Positions 1 through 12,350 of a stretch of 64,000 nucleotides of DNA are shown here, piece by piece. Both the position numbers and the translations under genes were made by a program. The stretch's first letter is position 1. Each line of letters opens with the position of its first letter. The notes under the pieces were generated by a model. It ran no database searches. It was not told where the DNA came from and saw nothing but the letters and a program-made list of their open reading frames with translations. Source of the stretch: Camelus dromedarius. Lineage: Eukaryota. The stretch is from NCBI RefSeq assembly GCF_036321535.1, contig NC_087437.1:7998001-8062000 (forward strand), written 5' to 3'.

Positions 1-1835
1 GGCATCTCACTGTTATGACTCCCTTTTCCCCTCACAAAGCCAAGTAAACATGTTCAAAGAAGGAAGTGTCAGCTTGCCTGTTACACCATCATCCACATCC
101 TCTCCAGGGTGGAAACTCATCTACACTTGTCTTTTGAAAAACCTGAGGGACCTCCCTCAGGCACTGAACAGCAGCCTAAGAATAGTCTTCCCAGGAAAAA
201 AATCAGAAAGTCCCTGAGAAATAGCAAGGTATAAATCTTAAAGACCTGTAGAAGTTGGTCTCCAGAGGTTAAAAATAAAGTTTTAAGAAGTAGTGATGAA
301 GGCACTGATGTTCGGTTTTTGAATTTTCCCAGCACTCTCCTTACTTTGCTCAAGATATTTCAAAATTGCAAAACTTTTAATGAACACTGAAGAAGTAAGA
401 ACTTAACGACCAAGGTACATTTCAGAGTACCAAGTATATTCCAGTTCTTGCAGCCAGTGAGCAAGATCAAATTAAGGCCATAGTCATAGCTCTCAAGGAA
501 TTTACATCCAGGTTAGCAGACAGAAGAGACAAACCAACAATTGGAATAGGGGATAAAGAGCAATTTGAAAAGCAAATAACCCCTTGGAAGGAGCTCAGCA
601 CCGCCCTCCCCCAGCAACAGCAGGGGGTGAAGAATGTAATCAAGGCAGTGGACTGCATTCTTTTCCTGTCCTTTCTCCCATCTAGTGAGGGCACCAGTTG
701 GAACGACAGAGACAATACGAATTCTCAAACACAATTAATTTACCCAGGTTATAACAGCATCAGCAGAAAAGGCAACAGACCTGCCATATTCCTAAAATTT
801 CCCAGCTCATATGCTCCATTCAACCATTTACTTAACACCCAAAAAATCTCTTTGATTCATCCTTTGTGAACCTGATAGAATCCTCCAAAACTTTAATTAA
901 ATAGATCCAGTTAGAACATTGCTTTTATTAGAATCTCTTATTAGAGCTGTTTACTTTTGTCTTTTCTCCATATAACATCATTAAAATGAGGCAGAGCAAC
1001 TAGGAGAGAAACCTGTGCATTTCAGTCCTCATTACACTCTGTTCCCTTAGTTGAACCCCAGTGCTGCCCTTGGCTCATGTCATGTGCACAGCCACAAAAC
1101 TGTAATGGTAAGATTAAATGGCAGTAGTCTTACCCTCATCCTCTTTGTTCTTCCACATGTGCACCAAGAATTTACTCACTTAATATATTCAATTTTGACA
1201 TCAAATACAATATATTTTCCTTCTCTTGTATAGATTTCTTTTTTGACCAGTTTTACCCAACTTGAGGGACTGTGGGAAATGGAGAGACATCTACCCCAGT
1301 CCTGGGAGACTTCCAGGATGGGTGTGGAAGGATGGATAGAAGCTAGCTAGTTAGTGAGGGAGAGGAAGGGACATCCAAGCAGAGAGATAGCAACAGGGAC
1401 AAGATCCAGAAGGGTGGGAAATGTGATTCCTTCTGGGAAGAAGTTGGTGAAAATGGAGCATCTGGGACAGGGAAGAGAAAGTCAATAGAAGAGAGCATAA
1501 ACAAACCCAGTAGCCAGCTGATGAAGAGAATGTGAAACACTGGGTCCAGCGGCTTCTGTGAATCACCACAAAAGCAATTACTGTGTGTTTCTCGTCCACT
1601 GCTGCAGAACTATTTCATGTGATGAAGGGGTTGAAGAATAATGAATGAACGAACAAGTGAATATAGGCATCCTGTATGCACATCAGACTTACATGCAGCA
1701 TTCCCAGGATAGCGTTCCTTTCAAGGGAGCTATTAATTAAAGGTAAGAAAAAATTAGTGCCAGTAGGTATTCAGATAAAATGTGGCACTTTGAATGCTCA
1801 AAATTGCTCCTCACCTAGGCTGAGTATGTAGCTAA

Positions 1836-1992
1836 GCAGAGGTCCGCGACTTTGGCTGAGTACTCTAATCACCTAGGGAGCTTAAAAAAAATCTCAAAGT
1901 CCAGTTCCCAATTAAATCAGAGGTGGAACCCAGGAGTAGTGTTTTACATCTCCAGGTGATGCCATTGTGCAGCTGCAGCTGAAAACCTCTGA
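1836..1992. mobile_element. MER5A-like hAT-Charlie DNA transposon remnant
   Basis: Contains aatcacctagggagctt, aattaaatcaga and ctccaggtgat, and ends gaaaacctctg, resembling the MER5 consensus. Confidence 0.7.
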
Positions 1993-2017
1993 GCTTGTGT
2001 ACGTATCAAGGTGTACA

Positions 2018-2195
2018 ACAGCGTTTCTTCATCTGTAATAGACGTAGAATCACCTGAAGACTCTTTTCGTGTTTAAAAACCACCTGTCTGGTCTCAACTC
2101 CTGATTTCAGTAGAAGTGGGAAAGATCCCTACCATGTGTATCTGGAAAAAGCTCATTAGAGGATTCTACTGGATGCCAAAGTCTGAGCTCTACAC
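2018..2195. mobile_element. MER5-family remnant (second, more degenerate copy)
   Basis: tagaatcacctgaaga...ctgatttcagtag...gattct motifs. Confidence 0.5.
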
Positions 2196-3689
2196 ATTGA
2201 GAGAAGAGATAATGAGTTTTGGCCTATACTCAAGATCACTTAATGGCAGGGGGTCGAGATGAGAAAATAACTCCCCGTGTCTTCTGTCTTGAGCCATGAA
2301 CCTATCACTGCCAGAGAGAGAGAGAGAGACTGTGCAAGAATGAAGATAGAAGATGTGCCATGAAACAGATGATGGAAACTAACTTCTCTTCATTCAGAGA
2401 AGCGACACACATCTCGCCCCAGGCACGTGACTTGTTTCCTGGGAAATACATCAGGGGATGAGGCCACCTGTCAGGTTTCATGTGTAAGCCTAGTAGTTGA
2501 TCATCAAGTTGACTTATCTGCATCTGCTCTGAGGCAGTGGTAAGAAGGCCCCCTAAGTCCTAAAGTGCAGGTTTCTGGGCAGTCTTATTCACACTGAGAC
2601 TATATTACAAATCACCTGCTCCTGCATCCCTGACTGTGAGCATGGTTCTTTCTTTAATTAAATCTCCTGGGTGAAAGGATCTTTCCTTTCTGGAACACTC
2701 TGCAGAGGTAAGCAGATTAAAGAGAAGACAAACAGGGTCAGCCAATTATTACTTAAGGGAGTGGGAAGCAAGAGCTCTCTGGTACCTCTTTCAAAAAGAA
2801 CATGAATTGTGGAAGTTAAAAAAAAAAATCCTAATAGTCATTTGCATTGTCTTCTCCACAAGGCAAAAGATTTTTACATTTTTACCCCAAAATCTTTGAA
2901 GACAAAATCAATGAGCGTCATTGCAGCATAGAAACAAGAGTTTCTCAAACTGTCAAGAAAAGAAAGAAGTTAGCATTCATTAATATTAAATTGAGCATTC
3001 TCTCTTACCAAAGTCAGATGCATTCTCTCGACTTTATAACACTGTACTTACTAGCTTGTCTCCTTTGCTGTTATTAACTAGATAGAAGTGCACACAGACT
3101 TAAAAATTGGTTTATTTTTATATAATTTGTTCTCAATTTCTTTTTTTTCCTCTGAAAATGAGTTGCGGGTGTGTTGCCTTGCTCTTATTATTTATAATAG
3201 TTACTAATGAAATTTAACTTTCACATGTATTTATACGGTACCATTTCATCAAGCTGCTTTGCCAGTTTTAAGACAAATAGCCTTATGCTCAGAAGTTGTG
3301 AGCCTGTCCCGTACTGGAACAGTTAGTGATACTCTGATGCCTGTCACTTGCACACATTTTCTCAGAAGAGCTGTCTTGCTGACTGCCTTCACACACACTT
3401 CTTTCTCCTTTACAGCCCTTCTGTTTCTGACGTCAGTAATTAGTATTTGCCACCCTTAAAGAGGATTTGTGTCAAAGAGGGGAGAACAGCCTCTTCAACC
3501 CTAAGTACACCAGTGAAAGTGGCTGTCATTGCTCTGCTCTTGCAAAGGCATAAACAGGACAAATGGGGGAAGGGAAGAAAAAGAAATGCGTACTGACTTT
3601 GATAAGAAGAATCATTCAATTTAATGCTAATGCATGCCAATTTCTTTCTTATTTTTAACAGTCTGAGGGAAAAAGTAATAAAAGTAATA

Positions 3690-3925
3690 AATGCTAGTCT
3701 TTATTGAACAATGGTGATAGGCTGGTGTTTTGCTAAATCTTTTCCATGGGCTATTTTAATCCTAGTCTTAATCTTCTAATAATCTTATAAAATATGTAGC
3801 TTTGTGATTCCCCATCAAAGAGAAGAAAACGGGGGCTTAAAGAGATCTAGTGACTTGTCTAAGGTTACATATGAAGCAAATGGACAAGTGGAGATTGGAA
3901 CCCAGTTAATTCCAAACTCTCATGG
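3690..3925 (-). mobile_element. MIR SINE
   Basis: tttattgaac...agaaaacgggggcttaaagaga...gacttgtctaaggttacat...ggaacccag resembles the reverse MIR core. Confidence 0.6.
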
Positions 3926-4649
3926 GAATGTTCTGAAAAATGCTCATGCCACTCAGGAGAAGAGAGATGGTACCCCATTCCAGATTTTACCTTCCGGGCG
4001 GTATCTCATTTTGGATAAAGTCAGCATAATTGATAAATGTGTTCTTCAAATTTTGGATTAGTTAAGTATTTTCTCTCATGTAAGAGGATTTCAGTCTTGT
4101 GAAATCAACAAACAAGAATTCCACGGTACAAGGTTCTAACTTTAAACAGTGGGAACTACATTTTCCCAAAGGTGATTTCTCTGGAGTTATCAAGTGTCTA
4201 TAATGCATTTGGTCCTTTTTCTCAATGAGAGGAACACCAGGAATAAGCTATAACCACTCTCAGACACACTCAGACAAGCCTCTTTGAATTGCTGTGGGAC
4301 ATCACAGATACAGATTCCAATGATTTTCTAACCTAGATTTGATTTGCTTTTGGTCTGTTAGGGGGTGAAAAACATGTGGCATCTGATGAGTGGGCTCTGT
4401 CGTGGGAAAATTCAACAAAGCTTCTCTGGACACCTGCTCTGTATTCAACAGTGATAAATGCTATGAGGAACACCAAAGAAATACAAGTGAAGGTCCTTGC
4501 CTTTGGAAATTTCACAATTCGATTGCTAAAATGAGATGTTCATATGAAATAATTCATAAATGAGAAAAGCATATAGTAATGCGTGGTAATCATGTATAAG
4601 AGATAATACTGTGATGAAGGTGTTGAAGAATAACTATAGGCTGAATTGA

Positions 4650-4930
4650 GTATTCATTTATCAAATATTAATTCAACACTTGTCAGGTGATATGAAATTT
4701 CAATGATGAATCACAGATAGACTATGTCCTCTGGTCTAGAAGCTTATAATCTAGTTGGGAAAATATGTACCTATAAACAAAAATAACTAGGATACCACGC
4801 AAAATATGATGCATCTTAGAATATCTGGTTTCGAAAATCAGAGAAATCTTCAGGAAAACAGTTTCCACACAAGCTTATCTTAAAGGCTGAGGAGACTTAA
4901 GGGAGTGGAGAGTGGGGAGAGATTTGCAGG
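4650..4930 (-). mobile_element. L2 3' fragment
   Basis: tattcatttatcaaatatta...agcttataatctagttggga resembles the reverse L2 tail. Confidence 0.5.
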
Positions 4931-5100
4931 AGAAGGGAAATTATGCACCGTGAGCCAGCACATGCATATAAGCATCCATGCATTTTTTAAACTTTATTCA
5001 TGTATTTATTCTACAATATCATATTTTTTTCCTTTTTCAGTTTATTAGGTAGAATTATTACACTTTGACTGCACATATGTGCACATATGTACAATTTCAT

Positions 5101-5485
5101 ATTTTTAAGTTGAAGTATAGTTGATGTACAATATTAAATGTTACAGGTATACAATATAGTGATCCACAATTTTTAAAGGTTATACTCCACTTACAGTTAT
5201 TATGCAATATTGCCTATATTCCTCATGTTGTACGATACATCCTTGTAGCTTATTTTATACCTGATAGTTTGTACCTCTTAATCCTCCACCTCCATCTTGT
5301 CCCTTCTCCTTCCCTCTTTCCACTGGTAACCACTAGTTCCTTCTCTACATCTGTGAGTCTGTTTCTTTTCTGTTATTTTCACTAGTTTGTTTTTTTTTTT
5401 TCAGATTCCACATGTAAGTGATATTTGTCTTTCTCTGTCTGACTTATTTCACTTAGCATAATGCCCTCCAAGTCCATCCATGCTG
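5101..5485 (-). mobile_element. L1 3' UTR
   Basis: ttgaagtatagttgatgtacaatatt...agattccacatgtaagtg...cttagcataatgccctccaagtccatccatg is the reverse complement of an L1 3' end. Confidence 0.9.
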
Positions 5486-5589
5486 TACACCAGAAACTAA
5501 TACATCATTTTAAATCAACTGTACTTCAATTAAAAAGCAAGCAATGGAAAAAATAAGAAAACAAATATATGTATGAACATGCAAAAAAA

Positions 5590-6128
5590 GAAAAAAGAGC
5601 AAACAACTCATTTGAAATATGGGCAGAAGAACTGAACAGAAATTTTTCCAAAACAGAGAATGCAGATAGCCACCAGGAACATGAAAAGCTGCTCAACATC
5701 ACCAGTATCAGAGAAATGCAAATCAAAATCACAAGACACCATCTTACAACTGTCAGAATGGCCATCATTAAAAGAGCACAAATAATAAATATTGGCAAGG
5801 ATGTGGAGAAAAGGGAACCCTTGTACACTGTAGGTGGGAATGTAAATTGGTCCAGCCACTAAACAATATGGAGTCTTCTCAAAAACCCAAAAACAGAGTC
5901 ACCACATGGCCCAGCAATTCCACTCCTAGGCATATACCTGAGAAAAACAAAAACATTAATTCAAAAAGATACATACACCCCACTATTAACAGCAGCACTG
6001 TTTATAATCGCCAAGACATGGAAGCATCCTAAGTGCACATCAGTAGATGAGTGGATAAAGAAGATGCAGCACATGTATATAATAGAACACAACTCACCCA
6101 CAAAAAGGGATATTTTGCCATTTGTGGC
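5590..6128 (+). mobile_element. L1 ORF2 C-terminal fragment (degenerate)
   Basis: ORF track peptide WAEELNRNFSK...IREMQIKITRHHLT matches the L1 ORF2p C-terminus. Confidence 0.9.
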
Positions 6129-6194
6129 CCTTCATTCACTTTTTTTTTCACTTCAAAAATCAGAATTTTATAACTTGCATAAACATTTCCATTA

Positions 6195-6472
6195 CATCAA
6201 AAACAACAATACCTAGAAATAAACTTAACCGAGGAGGTTATCTAAACTCTGAAAACTGTAAAACATAATGAGGGAAATTGAAGAAGATACAAAGAAATGG
6301 AAATACATCTTGTGCTCTTGGATCGAAAGAATCAGCACTATCAAAATGGCCATACTACCCAAACAATCTACAGATCCAGTGCAACCCCTGTCAAAATATT
6401 CACAACATTGTTTACAGAACTAGAACAAACAATTTATATGGAATCATAAAAGACCCCAAATTGCCAAAGCAG
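6195..6472 (+). mobile_element. L1 ORF2 internal fragment
   Basis: aatacctagaaataaacttaacc...aaaatggccatactaccca...ccaaattgccaaagcagtct. Confidence 0.85.
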
Positions 6473-6479
6473 TCTTTTG

Positions 6480-7005
6480 TAGGTCTTTTTTTTCTCTTTC
6501 TTCTTTTTGTTCTCTTTTCTTGTGGATTGATGACTAGAGAAGTTCCTTTAACTTTTGTCGTAAAGCTGGTTTGGTGGTGCTGAAATCTTTTGGCTTTTGT
6601 TTATCTGTGAAGCTTTTGATTCCTCCATCAAACCTGAACAAAAGCCTTGCTGGATAGAGTATTCTTGGTTGTAAGTTTTTCCTTTTCATCACTTTGAATA
6701 AATCATGCCACTCCCTTCTGGCCTGTAGAGTTTCTGCTGAAAAACCAGGTGATAACCTTATGGGAGTTCCCTTGTATGTTATTTGTTGCTTTTCTCTTGC
6801 TAATTTTAATATTTTCTCCTTAATTTTTGTCAGTTTGATTACTGTGTGCCTTGGTGTGTTCCTCTTTGGGTTGATCCTTTGTGGAACTCTGTGCTTCTTG
6901 GACTTTGGTGACTGTTTCCTTTCCCAAGTTGGGGAAGTTTTTGATTATTATCTCTCCAAAAATTTCCTCAGGTCCTTTCTCTCTCTCTTCTCTTTCTGGG
7001 ACTTT
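6480..7005 (-). mobile_element. L1 ORF1 fragment
   Basis: Minus-strand peptide VPEREEREKGPEEIFGEIIIKNFPNLGKE is typical L1 ORF1p. Confidence 0.85.
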
Positions 7006-7513
7006 TTTTTTAATTAAGAAAGAAATGTACAAAACTTTTACTGGTTATTCATGGGTTGGAGAACTACAGGGGCTTTTTGTTTACTTACTGACAAATTTTG
7101 GAATTTTCCAAGTTCTTGACAGTGTACATATTTTTCTTTGCCATCGGAAAATACTTTTTTCATTTTCAAAGCATTTTGCATGCCCTTGGTAATAAAAGAA
7201 GGCCAAAACAAAGAGGAGATGAAGCAGATTTCTTCTTACCTTGTTTAAGGAAGGGACCAGGCACTGTGAGGATGGAAATGCATGGTCTCTTCTTTCTCTG
7301 CCCAGAGGTGAGATCAGCGTAGCTCTCAACTGTGTTATCGCTGATCCTGTATCAAAGGAACTAATCCCTTCTGTGTTCAGCTATTAGAAGGAAGTATAAT
7401 CTTGAGACCTTTCCAAGGTCTACTTCCTGTTTATGACCTTTTTCAAAGTCGATTTGTCCTTGTCCACAATTATTCTGTATCATCAGCAACCTAGAAAAGC
7501 CCTCAGTGACCTG

Positions 7514-7830
7514 TGTCTTAGTTCAGGTGCCCTAGAAAACAAACATGAGACAAGGCTTAAGTGTTGATGCTTTATTGAGAGATGCAATCACTGAACAGTA
7601 AGAGAGAAAGAGGGGAGGTAAATATAAGGGGACACATTACCATGCCAGCTACTGATTCACATGCCACAAAGAGGCACAGCTGGTCATCCAGCTGTACTAA
7701 TATCTCCAAACAAGCTACCTAGAAAACTGTGCCTCAGTACCATCCATGAAGGCAGAACAGAGGAGAAAGTATCTGATCGCTCCCCCTCCCCTTCTCCTGT
7801 CTTCCATTTGGCCAAAGTTTCCCCAGAGAA
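7514..7830 (-). mobile_element. ERVL-class solo LTR fragment (LTR16/LTR33-like)
   Basis: tgtcttagttcagg...tgagacaagg...tttattgagag terminal motif; exact family uncertain. Confidence 0.45.
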
Positions 7831-8124
7831 TCAACACTTCTGGTCTTCCAGTTGACATTATTTGACCCCTTTGAACAGCCAGGGAAGCCAGGCCCCCATG
7901 CCCTGTGGAATGGCGTCTGTTCTGAGTTCAAGGAAAGAAAAAGGAGCTGGGTCAGAGTGGGTCTAGCCTGAGCTCACACCATGGCGGTGCCACTGAAGTT
8001 GTTCTCACAGATGAAGCTCTGGTGATATTGGCAGCTGGCTTCCTATGAGCCAGTGGCTGAAGGCCCATAGACTTGTGATGTTAAGAGACTCTAAGATAGT
8101 GCTTAAAATGTGTCCAATAAAGTT

Positions 8125-8650
8125 TGTTATCTCAGCCTGGGTTTTCTCTGGAAAAGCAGAATGTGAGACAGGGCCCACAGGCAGGTAGTTATTTGGAGAT
8201 GTGATTCTAGGCAACAGGAATGGAGAACTAGTAAGAATGAAACAGAAAAGTAGAGAAAGTCAACATAACTGTTCTTCCTGTCTCAGTCACTGATATGGGC
8301 ACCTGGGCCTCCATCCTGCTGGGACTTTCTGATAAGCTGTGGAGAACAGCCCTCAGAGTTGAATACCTCAGGGACAGAAGAGAGGCATCTATCCCCTTGG
8401 CTCCTATTCCCTGTGGGTCGAGAGTTGCCTGTGGGATGCTAACTCTCATGCACTTCCAGATTTCCCATCTAGAAATACTGGGTGGATTCCCACAAGCTTC
8501 CCAGGAAACAGGGTTAAAAAACCCTGATGTATAAAGTTGAAGATACATAGTGTGACTGAGGGGAGGTCACGCCTGCACAAAGCTGGTTGCCATGGGAACA
8601 GCTGGGGTAACATGTGGGCCAAGAGGGTATGAAGGAGGGTATACACCTGT
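8125..8650 (-). mobile_element. ERVL-class solo LTR (LTR16/LTR33-like)
   Basis: ctggaaaagcagaatgtgagacaggg...gtagtttatttggagatgtgattctagg...ctgggcctccatcctgctgggact. Confidence 0.55.
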
Positions 8651-9439
8651 CAACAAGCATTTCAACAGTAGGATTTCTCTTTATTTTTACTTTCAAGAAT
8701 CAGTTAGAATTTTGTCAGCCGTTTATTTTTATTGTTCTGATATTTGACATGTAACCCTATAAATAGGGTGTTTGCATTTTAACAGAGAGTAAGCCATGAA
8801 AAGTGTAGGTATGTTAATTAGGTTTACATGGGGAAAGTATTTTCCTTTCTCCTTCCTCTGAAAGAAGAATCTAGGAAGAAAGAAAATTTACTTTCACTGG
8901 ACTAAATGCCATGCCCTGGTGGACTAACTTTCCATAAACTCTATGAAAAAGCTTTGTAATCCAGCTATAATTTGGAGCCTCTTTGCACATCAGAGATTTC
9001 AGTTTAATAGGTTTCATGCCCCTTTCCCAGCCTATACAAATCAAACACACTCCCCTACATTCCTGTGACCTCCAACTTTACTTCTGCAGGGTGTCCTCTG
9101 TCTCAGCCCCTTCACCTGGAAGTAACACCTCAGTAAGATCCCTTCTTGCAGAGCAGACAGAACTCAGCCCTTTGGCTGTGAACACCTAAAAAATCCAATC
9201 ACACTCATGATTGAGGAGTAATTGAAAGAGATCACATCCATCACCACCCAGCCTGCTACCTTCTCTCTGAATCCCCCATACTCTGTCCCCCTTCCAGAAG
9301 CCTGTGCGGGAGACAGGACCATCTGACAGCACACAGCCTCTGAGAAGAGGGAGGGTAGTTTCCTGGCTCTGGCTGTCATTGAGAGCTGCCTGTTCCAGCT
9401 TGTTCCACTAGGACACTGCTAAATAATATATCATGTCCA

Positions 9440-11130
9440 TAACATTATTCATCCAGAAAACACACATTGACTCTCTACTGTATTACATGTCAAGCTCTGT
9501 GCTCAGACCAGAAATTAGGGGCACTGTCCATGCCCATGCGGTACTCAAAAGAGTTTTGTGGAAGAGACAGAAGAACACAGTCACAGTTCAGAGTGATTAG
9601 TAACATAAACACTTTCGATAAAAGAAGAAATAATTGACTCTGTCTGAGGTAGCCAGCAAGGCTTCTAAGAAGATTAGATTCCTAAGATGTATTATAAAGG
9701 ATGAAGGTGAGTTTATTATATGGAAGAGGGATGTAAGAATATTCCAAACGCAATATAATTTATAAAGGCACACAGGTAGGAAGCCCCATGATATGTCTGG
9801 AGGAATTAACAGAGTTTCAAATTGATGGATGAAAAGTATAAAGGGAAGGAAGTGAGAAATGAATTTGGATAGGCAGATTACAACCAGATGATGAAGTTGG
9901 AGTCATGCTAAGGAACTTGGACTTCTCCTGGGAGTGAGGAGAGTGACACAGCTAATTTTCTCTCACTCTGGTTACCCTGTGGAGGATCAGAAGTCAGTAA
10001 GAACAGGGGTGGGAAGATCGATTAGTAGCCCAACTGTAAAAGTATTGGGTCAACAACAGGCAGCAACACTGAGAATGGGGATGAAAAATGGGTTTTAGAA
10101 CTAGTTAGGAAATGAAATTGAACAGAATTTGGAGACTTAGGGGATGTAGAGGGTAAGGGAAAGGTTGGAGTCAAGAATGATATCCTGATGTCTGACTGAG
10201 AGGTAAAATGAGTGATGAGGCCACCAACCAACAAAGGAAACACAGAACAAAAGAACAGGTTTATGTTAGATGGTAGAAAAAGAGCTTAATTTCAGGCAAG
10301 TTGAATTTGAAATGCCTGTGGAACATTATATTGGCTAGCTATTTGTGCAATACAACCTTAAAAACTCAATAGTTTAAATAAACAATTACTTACTATCACT
10401 CATGTATCTTGTGAATGATTGGGACTTGGCTAATCCAGGCTGGATTCAGCAGGGCAACTTTGCTTTATGCTTTGATGAATGGGTCTGCTTCTCACCACAT
10501 ATCTTGGGTTGGATGGGGAGGCTCTGCTCCATGTTTTATTTATCCTCCATGGATTAACAGGCTAGTTAAGGGACTTTTTTCGTGAGGATAGCAGAAGTGG
10601 AAGAGTGAGGTAGAAACACATAAAGTCTCTTAAGGCTTGAGCTCAGAACTGGCATACTGTCACTTCTACTACATGCCAGTGGCCAAAGCAAGACAGGGCA
10701 CATGGCCAAGCCCAAGTGAAAGGGTGTGGATAGATGTCTTTATCCACAAATCAGCCACTGCAAGGCTGTGGATGCAGACAAGGGTGAAAATTTGAGCCAA
10801 TAATACATTGGGTCAAATATCCAGTTAACAGTTTTGGGAAGGATATGTATGAGGCGAAAGCTTAAAGGAAAATCGGGGCTAAAAGTTATAGATTTTTATT
10901 TCATCAGAGTATAGCTGATGATTAAAACAATAGGAGGAAATTATACGTAGTACTTATAGTGATAAGAGAGGCTGGCCAAAGACGGACCCCTAGGAACAAC
11001 CAACATTACGAGCACAGTGTGGGACTCCTTAAAGGAAACTAGAAGAGAATTGATCACTGGGGTTGAAGGAGGTACAGGAGGATTTGCTCTTAAGGAAGCC
11101 AAATGAGTAGAGACTTTCAAGAAGTATGCT
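9440..11130 (-). mobile_element. L2 LINE (degenerate), interrupted by an MLT1 LTR
   Basis: cattattcatcc...tctactgtattac; ggagtcaagaatgat; ttgaatttgaaatgcctgtggaacat, with L2-like sequence resuming after about 10815. Confidence 0.7.
10328..10808 (-). mobile_element. MLT1 (MaLR) solo LTR
   Basis: aaaactcaatagtttaaataaacaa...ggcatactgtcacttct...ggccaaagcaag...catggccaagccca. Confidence 0.7.
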
Positions 11131-11159
11131 GGGGTTAAAATTATATTACATCTATGAGT

Positions 11160-11395
11160 AGTAATAATAAAATATTTATTGAGCTTACTAGGAATCAAGT
11201 ATTGTTTTTAAACTCTTTCACATGAATTAATTCACTTAAAACTCATAAGGATGAAATGAAGTACATAACATTACTATCTCCATTTTGCTGATACAGAAAC
11301 TGAGGTGGATAGGAGTAATTTGTGCAAATTCACACAACAATTGAGGCAGTATGACTCCAGAACCCACACATTGAACCTCGATACCATACTGTGAC
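11160..11395 (-). mobile_element. MIR SINE
   Basis: atttattgagcttact...ctccattttgctgatacagaaactgagg...tgactccagaaccc. Confidence 0.7.
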
Positions 11396-11457
11396 TTGAG
11401 TGTCAAATGCCGCCTTTTCTGTCTTTAACAAGTTAATACTCAAAATTGCTCATTTTC

Positions 11458-12207
11458 TGGAGAGGCTGTGGAGAAAGGGGAACCCTCCTACACTGCTGGT
11501 GGGAATGCAGTTTGGTGCAGCCACTATGGAAAACAGTGTGGAGATTCCTCAAAAGACTAGGAATAGACTTACCATATGACCCAGGAATCCCACTCCTGGG
11601 CTTGTATCCAGAAGGAAATCTACTTCAGGATGACACCTGCACCCCAATGTTCATAGCAGCACTATTTACAATAGCCAAAACATGGAAACAGCCTAAATGT
11701 CCATCAACAGGTGACTGGATAAAGAAGAGGTGGTATATTTATACAATGGAATACTACTCGGCCATAAAAACCAACAACATAATACCATTTGCAGCAACAT
11801 GGATGCTCCTGGAGAATGTCATTCTAAGTGAAGTAAGCCAGAAAGAGAAAGAAAAGTACCATATGAGATCACTCATATGTGGAATCTAAAAAACAAAAAC
11901 AAACAAACAAAAACAAAGTGTAAATACAGGACAGAAATAGACACACAGACAGAGAATACAGACTTGTGGTTACCAGGGGGGTGGAGGGTGGGAAGGGATA
12001 GACTGGGATTTCAAAATTGTAGAATAGATAAACAAGATTACACTGTATAGCACAGGGAAATATACACAAAACATTATGATAACTCACAGAGAAAAAAATG
12101 TGACAATGAGTGTGTATATGTCCATGAATGACTGAAAAATTGTGCTGAACACTGGAATTTGACACAACATTGTAAAATGATTATAAATCAATAAAAAATG
12201 TTTTAAA
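11458..12207 (+). mobile_element. Young 5'-truncated L1 (ORF2 C-terminus, 3'UTR, A tail)
   Basis: Open ORF2 end to 11889 ([17 protein letters not shown]...ICGI*); perfect 16-bp TSD aaaattgctcattttc at 11442-11457 and 12208-12223. Confidence 0.97.
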
Positions 12208-12214
12208 AAAATTG

Positions 12215-12350
12215 CTCATTTTCACAAATGAAAAAACAGGCTCAGGGGATTTACCCAATTTGCCTGAGGTGCATGCAACTTGCAAAAGGCAGAGTCACAA
12301 TTTGAACCCTGATCTTTCAAACTCCGGGGTTCTTGTATTGACCACACTGC
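12215..12350 (-). mobile_element. MIR SINE (target of the L1 insertion)
   Basis: cattttcacaaatgaaaaaacaggctcagggga...ttgcctgaggt...tttgaaccc. Confidence 0.7.

Noticed and set aside
142..161. 9-bp inverted repeat cctgaggga-cc-tccctcagg
   Set aside because: Short enough to occur by chance in 64 kb; no terminator meaning in mammalian DNA.
5070..5093. Overlapping palindromes tgcacatatgtgcacatatgtaca
   Set aside because: Explained by a simple purine-pyrimidine repeat with a 10-bp duplication.
11446..11889. 147-aa ORF as a host gene
   Set aside because: It is the L1 ORF2p C-terminus, and its listed start is TTG within the TSD.
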